Assembly (NCBI RefSeq): GCF_902713615.1
Contig: NC_052147.1
Location: 30,802,276-30,866,275, forward strand
DNA: 64,000 bases
DNA from: Scyliorhinus canicula
Lineage: Eukaryota
Direction of reading: 5' to 3'
Part shown: in pieces, positions 46,601 through 58,519 of the stretch
Layout of the letters: every line of letters begins with the position of its first letter
Position numbering within the stretch: the stretch's first letter is position 1
Translations under genes and position numbers: made by a program
Notes under the pieces: generated by a model
Database searches by the model: none
Told to the model about the DNA's origin: nothing
What the model saw: only the letters and a program-made list of their open reading frames with translations

Positions 46601-49105
46601 CTGTTTTTCAAACTTTTTTCCCGTACCCATTTTTACCAACCAGCCAACATTCGGGACCTACACCGGCCGACCTTCGTGTTCATTTACTTTTAATGCGAAA
46701 GGGGAGCCTGCTTGGTCCTCATGATTTCACTTCAATCAGGCGCAAAGGAAGAGAGGACAATGCACATATCGGGTGCTGCCTCAGCCAGTTCCTCTGTGCC
46801 ATCGTCATCTTTGTGAAAATGAAAATCCAATATAAGTCATCATGAAGGACAAAACTATACCTCAAAATCATCTTTTTATTGCTTTGTTCCTGAGTTAAGC
46901 TTCTTCTTTATAATCAGAGGCCCTGGAGCTGTGTGCCGAGCAAACACTAGCACTGCTCTGTTCTGCCCTGGACTCTCCTAAGCAGCTCGCTCCAGCAGAT
47001 TCTGTTGTGAGATCCTGTCCAATTTGAGTCTCTGGCCATCTCTTGCTTTTCAGTAAACCATTCATCTTCACAGTTCACTTGTCTTGCTTGCCAGCAGCTG
47101 GAAAATGGAAGCAACTCTGCTTTGTGATTTGGTGTCAAAAGCATATACCTGGAGAGCGCTTAATGTCAAGTGTGTGTGCAGGGCACGTGGCCTCTCTGCT
47201 GTCGCTTCTTTCTGGAAAATATCACCTAGCCTAATTTATTTTAATTTAAAATGTGTCAACGGATGCCATTCTCTCTTTTTTGTTTTTGTTTGCAATAGAG
47301 ATGTTATTTTGGAAAGGTAGGCATCAGGGATCCCAACATAACCAAGAGTAAAGAGCATTGGGCACGATTCTCTGTAACCATGATGGGTGGGAGAATAGCG
47401 GGAAGTCCCTCCCGCTATTCTCCCCCCCAAATGGCGTGTCCGATTTTGCGACACGCCGCTTGGAGAAACGTGGGCCGCCGTTTTTCACGTCATTAGGCGC
47501 TGCCGCAGCGTCATTCTTGGCGCGCCGGGCCTTGAAGCCAGGTACAAGGCCTGGCAACCGAGTTTCCCGGTACAGCCCTCCTATCCCCCCGGGGAGGGGA
47601 GAATAGGGGGCCGGGAGAGGCTTCCGACGCCGTCGTGAACCTCTCGGATTTCACGACGGCGTCGGGCCTTGTGGCGAATTCCGCCCATTGTTTCAGCTGA
47701 TATTACAATCTAGCTTTAAAAATCCATTGTTTTTCCAGAATGCAATTTCGTTATAATTCACGTCAAAATGCAAAAATAGCAAATTTCTTCAAGCCATGAC
47801 ACAGAAGTTTAATACTAGAGAAGATACAACACTGAAATCTGCATTCTCCAACCATTATGCTCTCCTGCATGAATACCAAAATAAACAATACACTTTTCAG
47901 AATTCATGTCATTTTGCACCAAAGTCTGGTTTATATCATAAGACGGGAGTCCTTCTCGGTAGAGACAGGGGTTTATTTTCAAAATGTGAACTCCGATACT
48001 AAAATAAAATGTAAAAAAACCGTGGCCATAACCGTTGGGGCAGTACGGTAGCATGGTGGTTAGCATAAATGCTTCACAGCTACAGGGTCCCAGGTTCGAT
48101 TCCCGGCTGGGTCACTGTCTGTGCGGAGTCTGCACGTCCTCCCCGTGTGTGCGTGGGTTTCCTCCGGGTGCTCCGGTTTCCTCCCACCGCCCAAAGATGT
48201 GCGGGTTAGGTGGATTGGCCATGCTAAATTGCCCATAGTGTCCTAAAAAAAAGGTAAGGTGGGGGGGTTGTTGGGTTATGGGTATAGGGTGGATACGTGG
48301 GATTGAGTAGGGTGATCATTGCTCGGCACAACATCGAGGGCCGAAGGGCCTGTTCTGTGCTGTACTGTTCTATGTTCTATAACTCCTGAGAGCTACATTG
48401 ACTCAATTCCGAGTCTGGCATTCAATGCGACCCAGGGTGTTACCAAATATGGTGCCCCCCCCCCCCCCCCCCCAAAGAAATCTGGTGCCCAGTAATCCCT
48501 CACAACTAAACCACATACTAGAGACTGGATCTCACCCCAAGTGTTTGGCGGAGGGGGGGCTGCTGTTCAGTCACCAGGGCCTGTGTCAGCAGATGAAGTC
48601 TCGGGCCAGCACAAGCCTAATTTTCCTGGATAAAGCACTGATTGGAGTCGCGCCGGGGTCAGCGGCATACTGAGCCTTGGGCACAGGCACACCAGGAAGT
48701 GGATCAAAATACTCTCTCTTCCTCCCGACCGTGGGGATGGAGAGGCCTCGCCTCTCCCTGAATCACCGGGTTTCACTCGCCCTAAGTGCCCAGCACGAAA
48801 CCTTCCCGGACACTAGCCGACACTCCGTCTCCACACAAACCGGGGTGAACCCTGAGCTGTGGACATTTAAGCTGTAAATTTTTTTTTTTTACAGTACCTA
48901 ATTCATTTTTTCCAATTAAGGAGCAATTTTTAGTGTGGCCAATCCACCTATCCTGCACATCTTTGGGTTGTTGGGGCAAAACCCACACAAACGTGGGGAG
49001 AATGTGCACTGATCTCAAAGTTAAAGACAGGCGCTCCCATGATCGGTACCACCGCAGGACCTGTGACCTACCCATGGGTCGGGACCCCAACTTTGAAAAC
49101 CCCTG
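46601..49105 (-). mobile_element. Non-autonomous hAT (Charlie/Buster-like) element with nested insertions, inserted in a CR1
   Basis: Imperfect TIRs (CTGTTTTTCAAACT / ACTTTGAAAACCCCTG) and degenerate 8-bp TSD CTCAAAGA / CTCTAAGG. The flanks read as contiguous CR1. There is a transposase N-terminus-like remnant from ATG 47065 to about 46845. Confidence 0.6.
47359..47686. mobile_element. Harbinger/Tourist-like MITE with internal hairpins
   Basis: Imperfect TIRs GGGCACGATTCTC / GCGAATTCCGCCC, ATT on both flanks, and hairpins GGGAGAATAGCGGGA...TCCCGCTATTCTCCC and CCGACGCCGTCGTGAA...TTCACGACGGCGTCGG. Confidence 0.7.
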
Positions 49106-50560
49106 CTCTAAGGGCCTATGTTCACTTTGGCCTCTTCTTTTTTTCTATATTTAAAGAAACTCTTGTCCGTTTTTATATTACTTGCTAAGTTTATCTTCTC
49201 CCTCATTGTTTGGTCATCTTTTGTTTTTTTAAAACCGTCTCAATCCGCTGGTTTACCACTAATCTTTATCACTTTTATTTTTCCTATGTTTACCATTATC
49301 CTTCACTTCCTTGGTTAACCATGGTTGATTTATCCCGTTCCCAGAATCCTCCTTCCTCACTGGCATATATTCTTGTTGAGAGTCATGAACTATTTCCAGA
49401 AACATCTGCCAGTCAATCACCTTTTTTGCCAAACTCCTTTCCCACTCTACTCCAGCTAACTCTGCCCTCATTCCTTTACAATTTCCCGAAGTGTAGCGCA
49501 GTTGTTTCTGACTCAAGTTTCTATTCCTCTAACTATACTGCAACTAGATTTTGCTTTTCTCCCCCCACTAGAATGGCTCCTTGTACCACGGTGCTGTGGC
49601 CAGTTTGCTTATCCTCCCTACAGTCCCTGCTCTTGTCCACACAGGACCAAAAATCTCGAACCTGTTGGGTAGGGGCCAAGGCTCCTGCAGTGCTACCTCT
49701 TGGATCCCTCTACCTGCCTCACTTGTAGTCTCTCAATCCTGTCCATGACCACTGAACAAATTCAAGGTAGTTCATCTAAGGCAGGGGTGGGCAAACTTTT
49801 CCGTGCAAGGGCCACATTCAGAAATTCACAATTTTAAAGGGCCGCATAGTATATTAATTAATAGTCCCGGTTGTAACCAATTAGCGTGCGGCATATACCT
49901 CAGCGCTTCCCCCGGCGGCATCCTGCCTTTAGCCCTCTTTTTCTCTACTTTTCAAAAATGGCGCTTCACCCGGTTATGATTCTGGGCGCCTCATATAGAA
50001 CATAGAACAGTACAGCACAGAACAGGCCCTTCGGCCCTCGATGTTGTGCCGAGCAATGATCACCCTACTCAAGTCAACGTATCCACCCTATACCAGTAAC
50101 CCAACAGCCCCCCTCCCCATTAACCTTATTTTTTTTTTATGACTTGATCTTGGTGGGCCGCATAAAGACCTTTGGCGGGCCGCAGTTTGCCCACCCCTGA
50201 TCTAAGGGGTGTGACTGCCTCCTGTAACACAGCATCCAAGTAACTCTGCCCTTCCCTAATGTGTCACAATGTCTGAAGCTCAGACTCCAGCTCATTAAAT
50301 CTGAGCCAAGGTTCCTTGAGCAACCAACATTTGCTATAGGTGTGGTCACTATGACGCAATGGGGTGCACCATCTCCCTCGTGCTACAGCTACAACACCTG
50401 GCCTGGTCCTCCATCCCTATTTCATTTAATAACATTTTCAATTTGTTTTGAATTTGAATGCTGATTTTAGTTTTCACACCAACCTTTTCAGCCTTGCCTT
50501 CAATTTCAAAGTAAGTCTGATAAGGCGGAAGAGAGAAATACCTGCCGACACAATGTTTAC
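49106..50560 (-). mobile_element. Degenerate CR1 5' fragments (continuing 46470-46600)
   Basis: GNCKGMRAELAGVEW...WQMFLEI...QPWLTKEVKD and ORF1-like LMSWSL...VTWMLCYRR remnants. Confidence 0.7.
49782..50199 (-). mobile_element. hAT (Charlie-like) MITE carrying a SINE tail, second copy
   Basis: Same TIRs as 18067-18397 and perfect 8-bp TSD ATCTAAGG (49774-49781, 50200-50207). Confidence 0.95.
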
Positions 50561-52235
50561 CTGTGATATTACATGGGTGTGTTCACTCAATGTTGTAGGA
50601 CTGCTGTAACTTTTCTCCCAGCTCTCTCGCCGTGGTCTGCTGCAGTCCCCACTGACCTGTGGATGTAGCAAGAGAAAGCAGACACAGCAAAACCTCCCTA
50701 AACTCCCATGCTTTGCTCAATTCCAGAGTCTCACTGCAGCTAGTACCCCGTAGAGACTGCACGTTTGAGACCTGTTTTTATATTCTCAGCCTCCTGTTTC
50801 CAGGAACCCTATTTTAGCCAGTTACTAACTGCCCTGGCTTGCCCCCCCACCCCCCCACCCCCCCCCGCCCCCTCCCCAAAACTAGGAAACTTTGTTTTTA
50901 CTTTGCTTAGGTCTGAAAAGATGCTTAAATGTCTACCCTTCAATTACCAGCAATTTGTGTTAGATTTTAAGAAGGTTATCCCTGACAAAGCTGGCGTTTA
51001 TTGGTCACCTTAAGTTGCCCAGGTTTGATATTTACTGGGTTACTTCCACGGTTAGGGTGACATTAGTGAACCAGTTGAGTTTTTATGATGCTCTGACCAA
51101 TCCATTGGCGTTTTACTAATACCAACTAAATACAAATTCTCTCAAGTTTGTAGCTATTTGAGCTTGAATTCTTTAGTTTACTAATCCAGTAGTTTCGCAT
51201 TGTACCCTTGCTGCAGTCCATCCTGTCAATGATGCACACGGCAGCCAGAGTGCTGCATTGGTGGAGGGCGTGAATGGTTAGGCTAATGCATGAGGTGCTA
51301 ATCTAGTGAATGCTTAGTTTATGGATGCGAGTTGTTTGATATTTGTGTGCAAAAGGATGCTTTACTTTATAGACACATGAGGAATGGAGCTTTTATTTGC
51401 TGGGAGGAAGGACGGGTGCAAGATCCTGTACAACTCTGAGTAATTAATCGTACAATATGTTGTTAGAAACTGCAGAACTGCATTTTTAAAAAAAGTTTGT
51501 AAAAGTTTTGAGCAGTTTGGTAATTGATGTACTCTAGCCGTTGGAAATTTTCAAACAAAAAGATAGCGTGGGATATAACACACTATGTGGCCAGTCAGAT
51601 TTGTTCTTCCCCTTTTTAGAGTATCTAGCTTTTTGCCCTCCGTCCATTGATCTTTAATTTTATTTGTAATAATCTTTCCATTGCTTTTGCCCACCCACCC
51701 ACATATTATTTTGGATTGAGGAAAAGATTTTTTGACTTTGTAATTCCTATTACAGGTTGTCTTAGAGTGGTGTCTGTGCTCGGGTCACGTTATACTGTAG
51801 TCCAGTTCCAGGCACCAAGCAGGGAAGTGTAGAGAAACCAATCGGATGATACATTTGCAGTTACGTATTTTATATCGCCATCATGTGGCTGAAATTGGGA
51901 ATAATCATATAGCACCGGCCCCGAGTCTGTTCTGACATTAAAATCTTGGCTGATTTGCAATTTAACTCCCTCCCTAATAGCACTGTGGGTGTACCTACAC
52001 GTCAAGGACTGCAGCGGTTCAAGAAGGCAACTAGGGATGGGCAATAAATGCTGACCTAACCAGTGACGCCCATCTCCTGTAAATGAATTTAAAAAAATAC
52101 GCCCACTTTGTCTGACATCCCTATATAGAACATAGAACAGTACAGCACAGAACAGGCCCTTCGGCCCTCGATGTTGTGCCGAGCAATGATCACCCTACTC
52201 AATCCCACATATCCACCCTATACCCATAACCCAAC

Positions 52236-52268
<33 letters not shown>

Positions 52269-52379
52269 ACTTACCTTTTTTTTTAGGACACTACAGGCAA
52301 TTTAGCATGGCCAATCCACCTAACCCGCACATCTTTGGACTGTGGGAGGAAACCGGAGCACCCGGTGGAAACCCACCTT

Positions 52380-54230
52380 TGGCTAATGGAAATCTATCAG
52401 TCTCTGAATCAAAATTAATATGATCTAACATCAATTGTCCCTTGTAGAAGAATGTTCAAATTTCTACCACCCTTTTGTGTCGAGAAATATTTCCTAATTC
52501 AATCCTGAAATAATTGGCTCTAATATTTGATCATATGCCCAGTCCTAGACGGCAACCAGCAGAATTAGTTGCTTTCTATCTATCTATCCTATCTGTTCCC
52601 CTTATTGTCATTTATTAACTATATAAATAGTTGCGTTAACACTCCCTGGAAAGAACAAGGAATGCTTATTCTTCAGGTATTGAATGGATCATTTAATCCT
52701 TTGGCCTCTGATGTTGAATCCATTGTAATCTTGGGGTTTCTCTGTACTTATATCTGCAAGTGGTCTCTTCTTTGAAGGAGAGCCACTCCTCGACCCGTTC
52801 CCTGTTTTTACTTTTTAAGCGATAATCCAATTCCCTTCGAATGCCTCGATTGAGCCTGTGTCCACCTCATTCTCGGGCAGTGTGTTCCAGATCCTCACCA
52901 CACACCCTGTGAAAAAGCTTTTCCTCTTGTCACCGTTGCTTCTTTTGCCAATTACCTTTTAAATCTGTGCCCTCTGGTTCTCGATACTTTCACCAATGAG
53001 AACAGTTTCTCCCTATCTACCCTGTCCAGATTCTTTATGATTTTGAGTACCGTTGTCAAATCTGCTCTCAACCATCTCTTCACCAAGGAGGACAGTCCCA
53101 ATTTCTGCAATCTTATCTTCATAAATGAAGTTCCTCATCCCTGAAACCATTCTTGTGAACCTTCTCTGCATCTTCTCTAATGCCTTCACATCCTTCCTAA
53201 AGTGTCATGCCCAGAACTGGATGGAGTACTCCAGTTGAAGTCAAACCATTGTTTTATACAGGTTAACATGCTTGCTTGTGTGCTCTATGCCCCTATTGCT
53301 TTATTAACCGCTCTCTCATCTTTCTCTAGTCCAAAAAACAACCATTAGCCATTACTGTTTATCAGCAATTTTGTATCCATGTTGCCACTGTCCCTTTTAC
53401 TCAATAACGTCTAACTTTGCTCACAAGTCTGTTATCTGGCACTTTTATCAAATGTCTTCTGGAAGTCCCCAAATACCACATCAACAGCGTTGCCCTCATC
53501 AACCATCCCCATTAACACATTCAAAAAAACTTAAGTTTGTTAAACAAGATTTACCCATAACTTTGTGCTGACATTCCTTAATTAACCTGCATCAACTGAA
53601 GCGACTGTTTATTTTATCCTGAATTATCGTTTCCAAAAGCTTCCCCACCTCCAAGGTTAAACTGGCTGGATTGCAGTTCCTGGGCTTATCATTATACTCT
53701 GTTTTGAACAGGGGTGTAACTAACATTTGCAATTCTCCAGTCCTCTGGCAACACCCTGAAGTCAAAGGAAGATTAGAAAATTAAAGCCTGTGCCTCTACA
53801 ATTTCCACTCACTTCGCTCAATATCCTTGGATGCATAGCAAATGGTCTGGGTGACTTAATAAATATCCTATCAAGTGCAGGTTCCTTCTAAATCTTTTTG
53901 AAAAAAATTGAAAGTGCCCAATTTTTTCCCAATTAAGGGGCAATTTAGTGTGGCCAATTCACCTACCCTGCACATCTTTGGATTGTGGGGGTGAGACCCA
54001 CGCAGACACGGAAAATGTGCAAGCTCCACAAGGACAGTGACCCAGGGCCGCGACCGAATCCGGATCCGGATCCTCAGTATTGTGAGGCAGCAGTGCTAAC
54101 CACTGCGCCACTGTGCCGCCCTCATCAATTTTAAGCCCGTCCAGTGTCTGAACTACCTCTCTTTCACCAGGACCTGGGCCGCAGCGTCTTCCTTGGTGAA
54201 GACTGATGCAAAATGTATCTAGATATGTAG
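52380..54230 (-). mobile_element. Degenerate CR1 fragments
   Basis: Antisense CR1 RT and C-terminal remnants homologous to 33230-34680 and 61040-61900. Confidence 0.7.
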
Positions 54231-55919
54231 AAAAGGTTAAGCAATTCTGAGGTAAAACTTTATTTAAGAGCTGTGTTGACTGCACTTAAATTTGCTTTGA
54301 TTTCAGTGCTGCTGGTGCAGATACTTGCAATTAAAGTTATCTGACAAGTAAATGCTGCACGGGCTTACCTTCTTCCCCTGTTTCACTCCCCTGATTGGAT
54401 GTTTTTTTATCACAATACATTTCCCAATTGATTTTTTAATATTAATTTGCTAGCAAAAACCTCCAGCCTAGTCATTTGTGTGGGACTTCCTCACTTATTT
54501 GTAAGCATTTTGGTACGCCTTGTGCAAAAAATTATTTTCTATTCTATTACACTGTGCCTAAAATTCGATAGTTTCATTATTGTTCTGGTGATCTGTACAA
54601 ATCTGGAGTTGCATATGACATAGTAAAGCCTGCTGCTCTCTTAACAGGATTTGGCATAAAAGAACAAAGTCAGTCCCCAGCTTTTGAAATAAGTTTAAAT
54701 GGTGTGGTGGTAAATGGCTTGCATGTGAAAGGTTTCTTTTAATTTAAAGTACCCAATTCATTTTTTTCCACTTTGTTAGTGTGGCCAATCCACCTACCCT
54801 GCACACCTTTGAGTTGTGACCCACGCAGACACTGGGAGAGTGTGCAAACTCCACACGGACAGTGACCCGAGACTGGGATCGGATCCGGATCCTTGGCGTG
54901 TGAAGCAGCAATGCTAACCACTGCTACCGTACTGCCCTTATTTAGGTTAATGAACATTGAATCATAGTTGCAAGATATGATAAAATTGTCACTTGCATTT
55001 TCTCTAACTTTTATCACAATGATCTGGAAATCATGAGTGTTGTGTTCCTTGAAATTAGGCAACCAGAAAATTCAAGTGATCATGAAAATGTACTTGGGAC
55101 TGCTGCAAATTAGTCTTGGTCTTGCGGGTTAGATTTGTGGTTGGAAAATCAATTCCTCATCCTCATCTGGTCCTATCACTTTAGCTTTTATCCTTTGCAT
55201 AAAATCTTGTGATTGCTGTGAAAAACAAGTAACCTTCTGTAAGGATTTATGCTTTTATGTACAGAAATGTGTTCCATAATGTCAATGTTTAAGATAAATG
55301 AATTGTGAGGCATGCTTTAATGAATTTAAACATTTACAGCGCAGTTGCATGCATTTAGACAAGCAAAGTTGTCAAAATCCTTCAACCTACCACTATGCAA
55401 TTGATAACCTCCATGTTGGCATAATGCCTTTAATCAGTAAAGCATTCAAGATGTATGGACCTTTTCAGTTGTAATGAATGCCATACTTGCATTCAAATAG
55501 TCTGAGCACAAAAAAATATACTCCCTTTGGTTGAGTCACTAATATTGTTTGCTGGAAAAAGTTGAGATTTAAAAATGTAGTCAGTCTCATCATTCTTCAA
55601 AACAGTCTGATTTTCTTTTGGTAAGCTAGAGCCAACACTTCAGGGGTAAAGAATAAGCTGGACAATAAAATAGGTCCCAACCTCCAAATTGTATATTTTA
55701 TCTCCCAGATTTTTGACATGCGTTTAACATTCTCTTTCCACTCTGTCAAAGACACGTTTGAGGTTTTTTTAAATGGTAGGAAATTTATTTTGGCCAGCAA
55801 GAAAACTTTGCAGCATGGGGGCTGTAAACATCCATTTTTCAACAGATCCAGAACTTGCAAGTACAATTTTCTACTATGTACATTTTCATGAGCCTTTGCT
55901 GTAAAATCAAGGCCTTTGA

Positions 55920-58500
55920 TATCGAAACTCGGCCCCTCCTGGTCTGCTCTGCTATTGAATAAGATTGTGGCTGATATGATTGTTAACTCAATGCCATGTT
56001 CCCACCGATAACTTTTCACCTCTTTGTTTATCAAGAATCTAACTACCTCTACCTTAAAAATATTCAAAGACTCTACTTCCACTGCCTTTTGAGGTAGTGT
56101 TCCAAAGACATTTGACCTCTTGGAAAAAAGTAATTCTCCTCGCCCCTCTTGGGCAACCCTTTATTTTTAAACAATGACCCCCAGTTCGAGATACTCCCAC
56201 AAGGGGAAATATCCTTTCCACATCCACCCTGTCAAGACTCCACAGGATCTTGCATGGTTTGGTCAAGTCACCTAACTCCGGCGGATATAAGCCTAGTCTA
56301 TCTAATCTTTCCCCATAAGTCAACCTGCCCATTCCAGATATTAGACTAGTAAAGTGTATTTACAACCTTCCCACTACTCCAGATGTGGTCTCGCAAATGT
56401 CCTGAATAACTGAAGCATAACCACCCTACTTTTGTAACTAATTCCCCTCAATAAACAAGAAAATATTACTTCCCTATTATGTGCTGTAATACCACATACT
56501 AATCATCTGTGATTCATGCCGTAGGATACCCAGATCCCTCTGCATTTCCGAGCTCTGCAATCTTCCTGCAATTTTGCATTTTCTCACATACTCAATTTGG
56601 CAGATCCTTGCCCATACATGTAAACCGATCTGAATCCTTTTGAACCTTCCTTATGCCCTCTTCACAACTTACTTTCTACCTGTCTTTTTGTCATCAGCAA
56701 ATTAAGCAACAATACTGTTAGCCCTTTCATCCAAGTCATTTATATAAATTGTAGAAATTTGAGGCCCCAGCACTCCTATTGTGGCACACAACTCGTCGCA
56801 TCTTGCCAAACAGAAAATTATCCATTTCTGCCTACCCTCTGTTTCCTGTTACCCAGCCAATCTTCTATCCCTATCAATCTGTTACATTGTACACCAAGCA
56901 CTTAGATGTGGTGCTTTATCAAATGTAAAATTCATTCACATTATGATCGCTGCGCCCTACAGGCACTTTCTCTATAAGGTTATTAATTAATCCTATCTCA
57001 TTGCACAATACCAAATTTAGTGTAGTCCGCTCTCTTGCTCCTGAACATATTGCTCGAAGAAACTATCCCGAAAACATTCCAGGAACTCCCCATCTGATTT
57101 CTCTAGCCTGTGTAGATTAAAATCACCCAGGATTTTCGTTGTACCTTCTGGTAAATTCCCACTATTGCATCTTCATGCTACCATGCCAATACTGTTAGGG
57201 GGCCTGGATACCACACCTGCAAGTGACTTCTTGTCTTTATCATTTTGCATTTCAACCCAAACTGCTTCCTCATCTTGGTTTCTTGAGCTTGGATCATCTC
57301 TATTGTGCTAATACCACCATTAATTAACAGAGCCACAGCTCCAACTTTTTCTAGTTGCCTGTTCTTTCTAAATGTTGTGTATCCTTCAATATTCAGGCCC
57401 TAATCCATGTAATCCTGCAACCATGTCTGTGTCGCAACAAATTGTACTTATTTATTTCTAATCAGTTCATTCGTTTTGTTTCAAATACTAGTGCATTCCG
57501 AGGCAGAACCGTTAGTTTTGCCACTGCGATTTTATTTACTCTTAGACTTGTACTCTATCACTCACTGTCAATATCCCTCCCTGTCACCATCCATTTATCA
57601 TTTCCTATAGAAGTACCTTTCTCTCTTACCTGGTCTCCATTCATTGATTTACCACATCCTTCCAAATTTGATCCCTTGTTCCCACTATATAGTTTAAAAT
57701 CCTGTCTACTCCCCTAGTTATGAAACTCACCAGAACACTGGTTCCAGCAAGGTTTGGGTGTGGACCGTCCTAGTGGTACAGCCCCCGCTTTTCCCCAGTA
57801 CTGATACCCATGCCCCACAATCAGAACCCACTTCTACTACACCAGTCTTTGAGCCATGCAATTTCTCTAATCTTATTTGCCCTCTGCCCATTTGCACTTG
57901 GCTGGTGACAATCCAGAGATTATTACCTTTTGAGATTCTGCTTAATTCGGTGCCCCTTTCATATCAACTGTGCAGAATCTCTCCTCGTCCTGCCTATTAC
58001 AGGGCTGCTCAGTGGTCTAGACAGCTGGTTTGTAAAGCAGAACAAGGCCAGCAGTGTGGGTTCAATTCCCGCACCAGCTGAGAATTCTGAATTCTCCCTA
58101 TGTACCTGAACAGCTGCTGGAATTTGGCGACTAGGGGCTTTTCACAGTAACTTCATTGCACTGTTAATGTAAGCCGACTTGTGACAATAAAAAAATTATT
58201 ATTATGGATCACGATGGCTGGATTCTCCCCCTTCCACTCTGTTCCTGAACATGACGGGCAGCTCAGCCTTCTGGACTCTCCCTCTTTTCTACAGAGAACA
58301 GTCAAACCTCCTCACTATACTGTCCCCTGCTACTACATTCCTTTTTATTGCCCAACTTGAATGGTTTCCTCTAACACTTGCCATGGCCTGCCTGCTCAGT
58401 CACCTTGCAGCGCCATTCTCATCCAAACCAGCTGAAAAAGCTCAAATCTGTAACAATTTGCAAAGGCTGGGTCTCCTTACCTGCCTCATTTGCAGTCATC
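55920..58500 (-). mobile_element. Degenerate, multiply deleted CR1
   Basis: MGRLTYGERLDRLGLY..GDL..ILWSLDRVDVERIFPLVGVSRTGGH.LKIKG and VESLNIFKVEVVRFL are CR1 C-terminal motifs. ORF1-like remnants lie near 57720-57990. Confidence 0.8.
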
Positions 58501-58519
58501 CTCCCAACCTTAAACCTAG

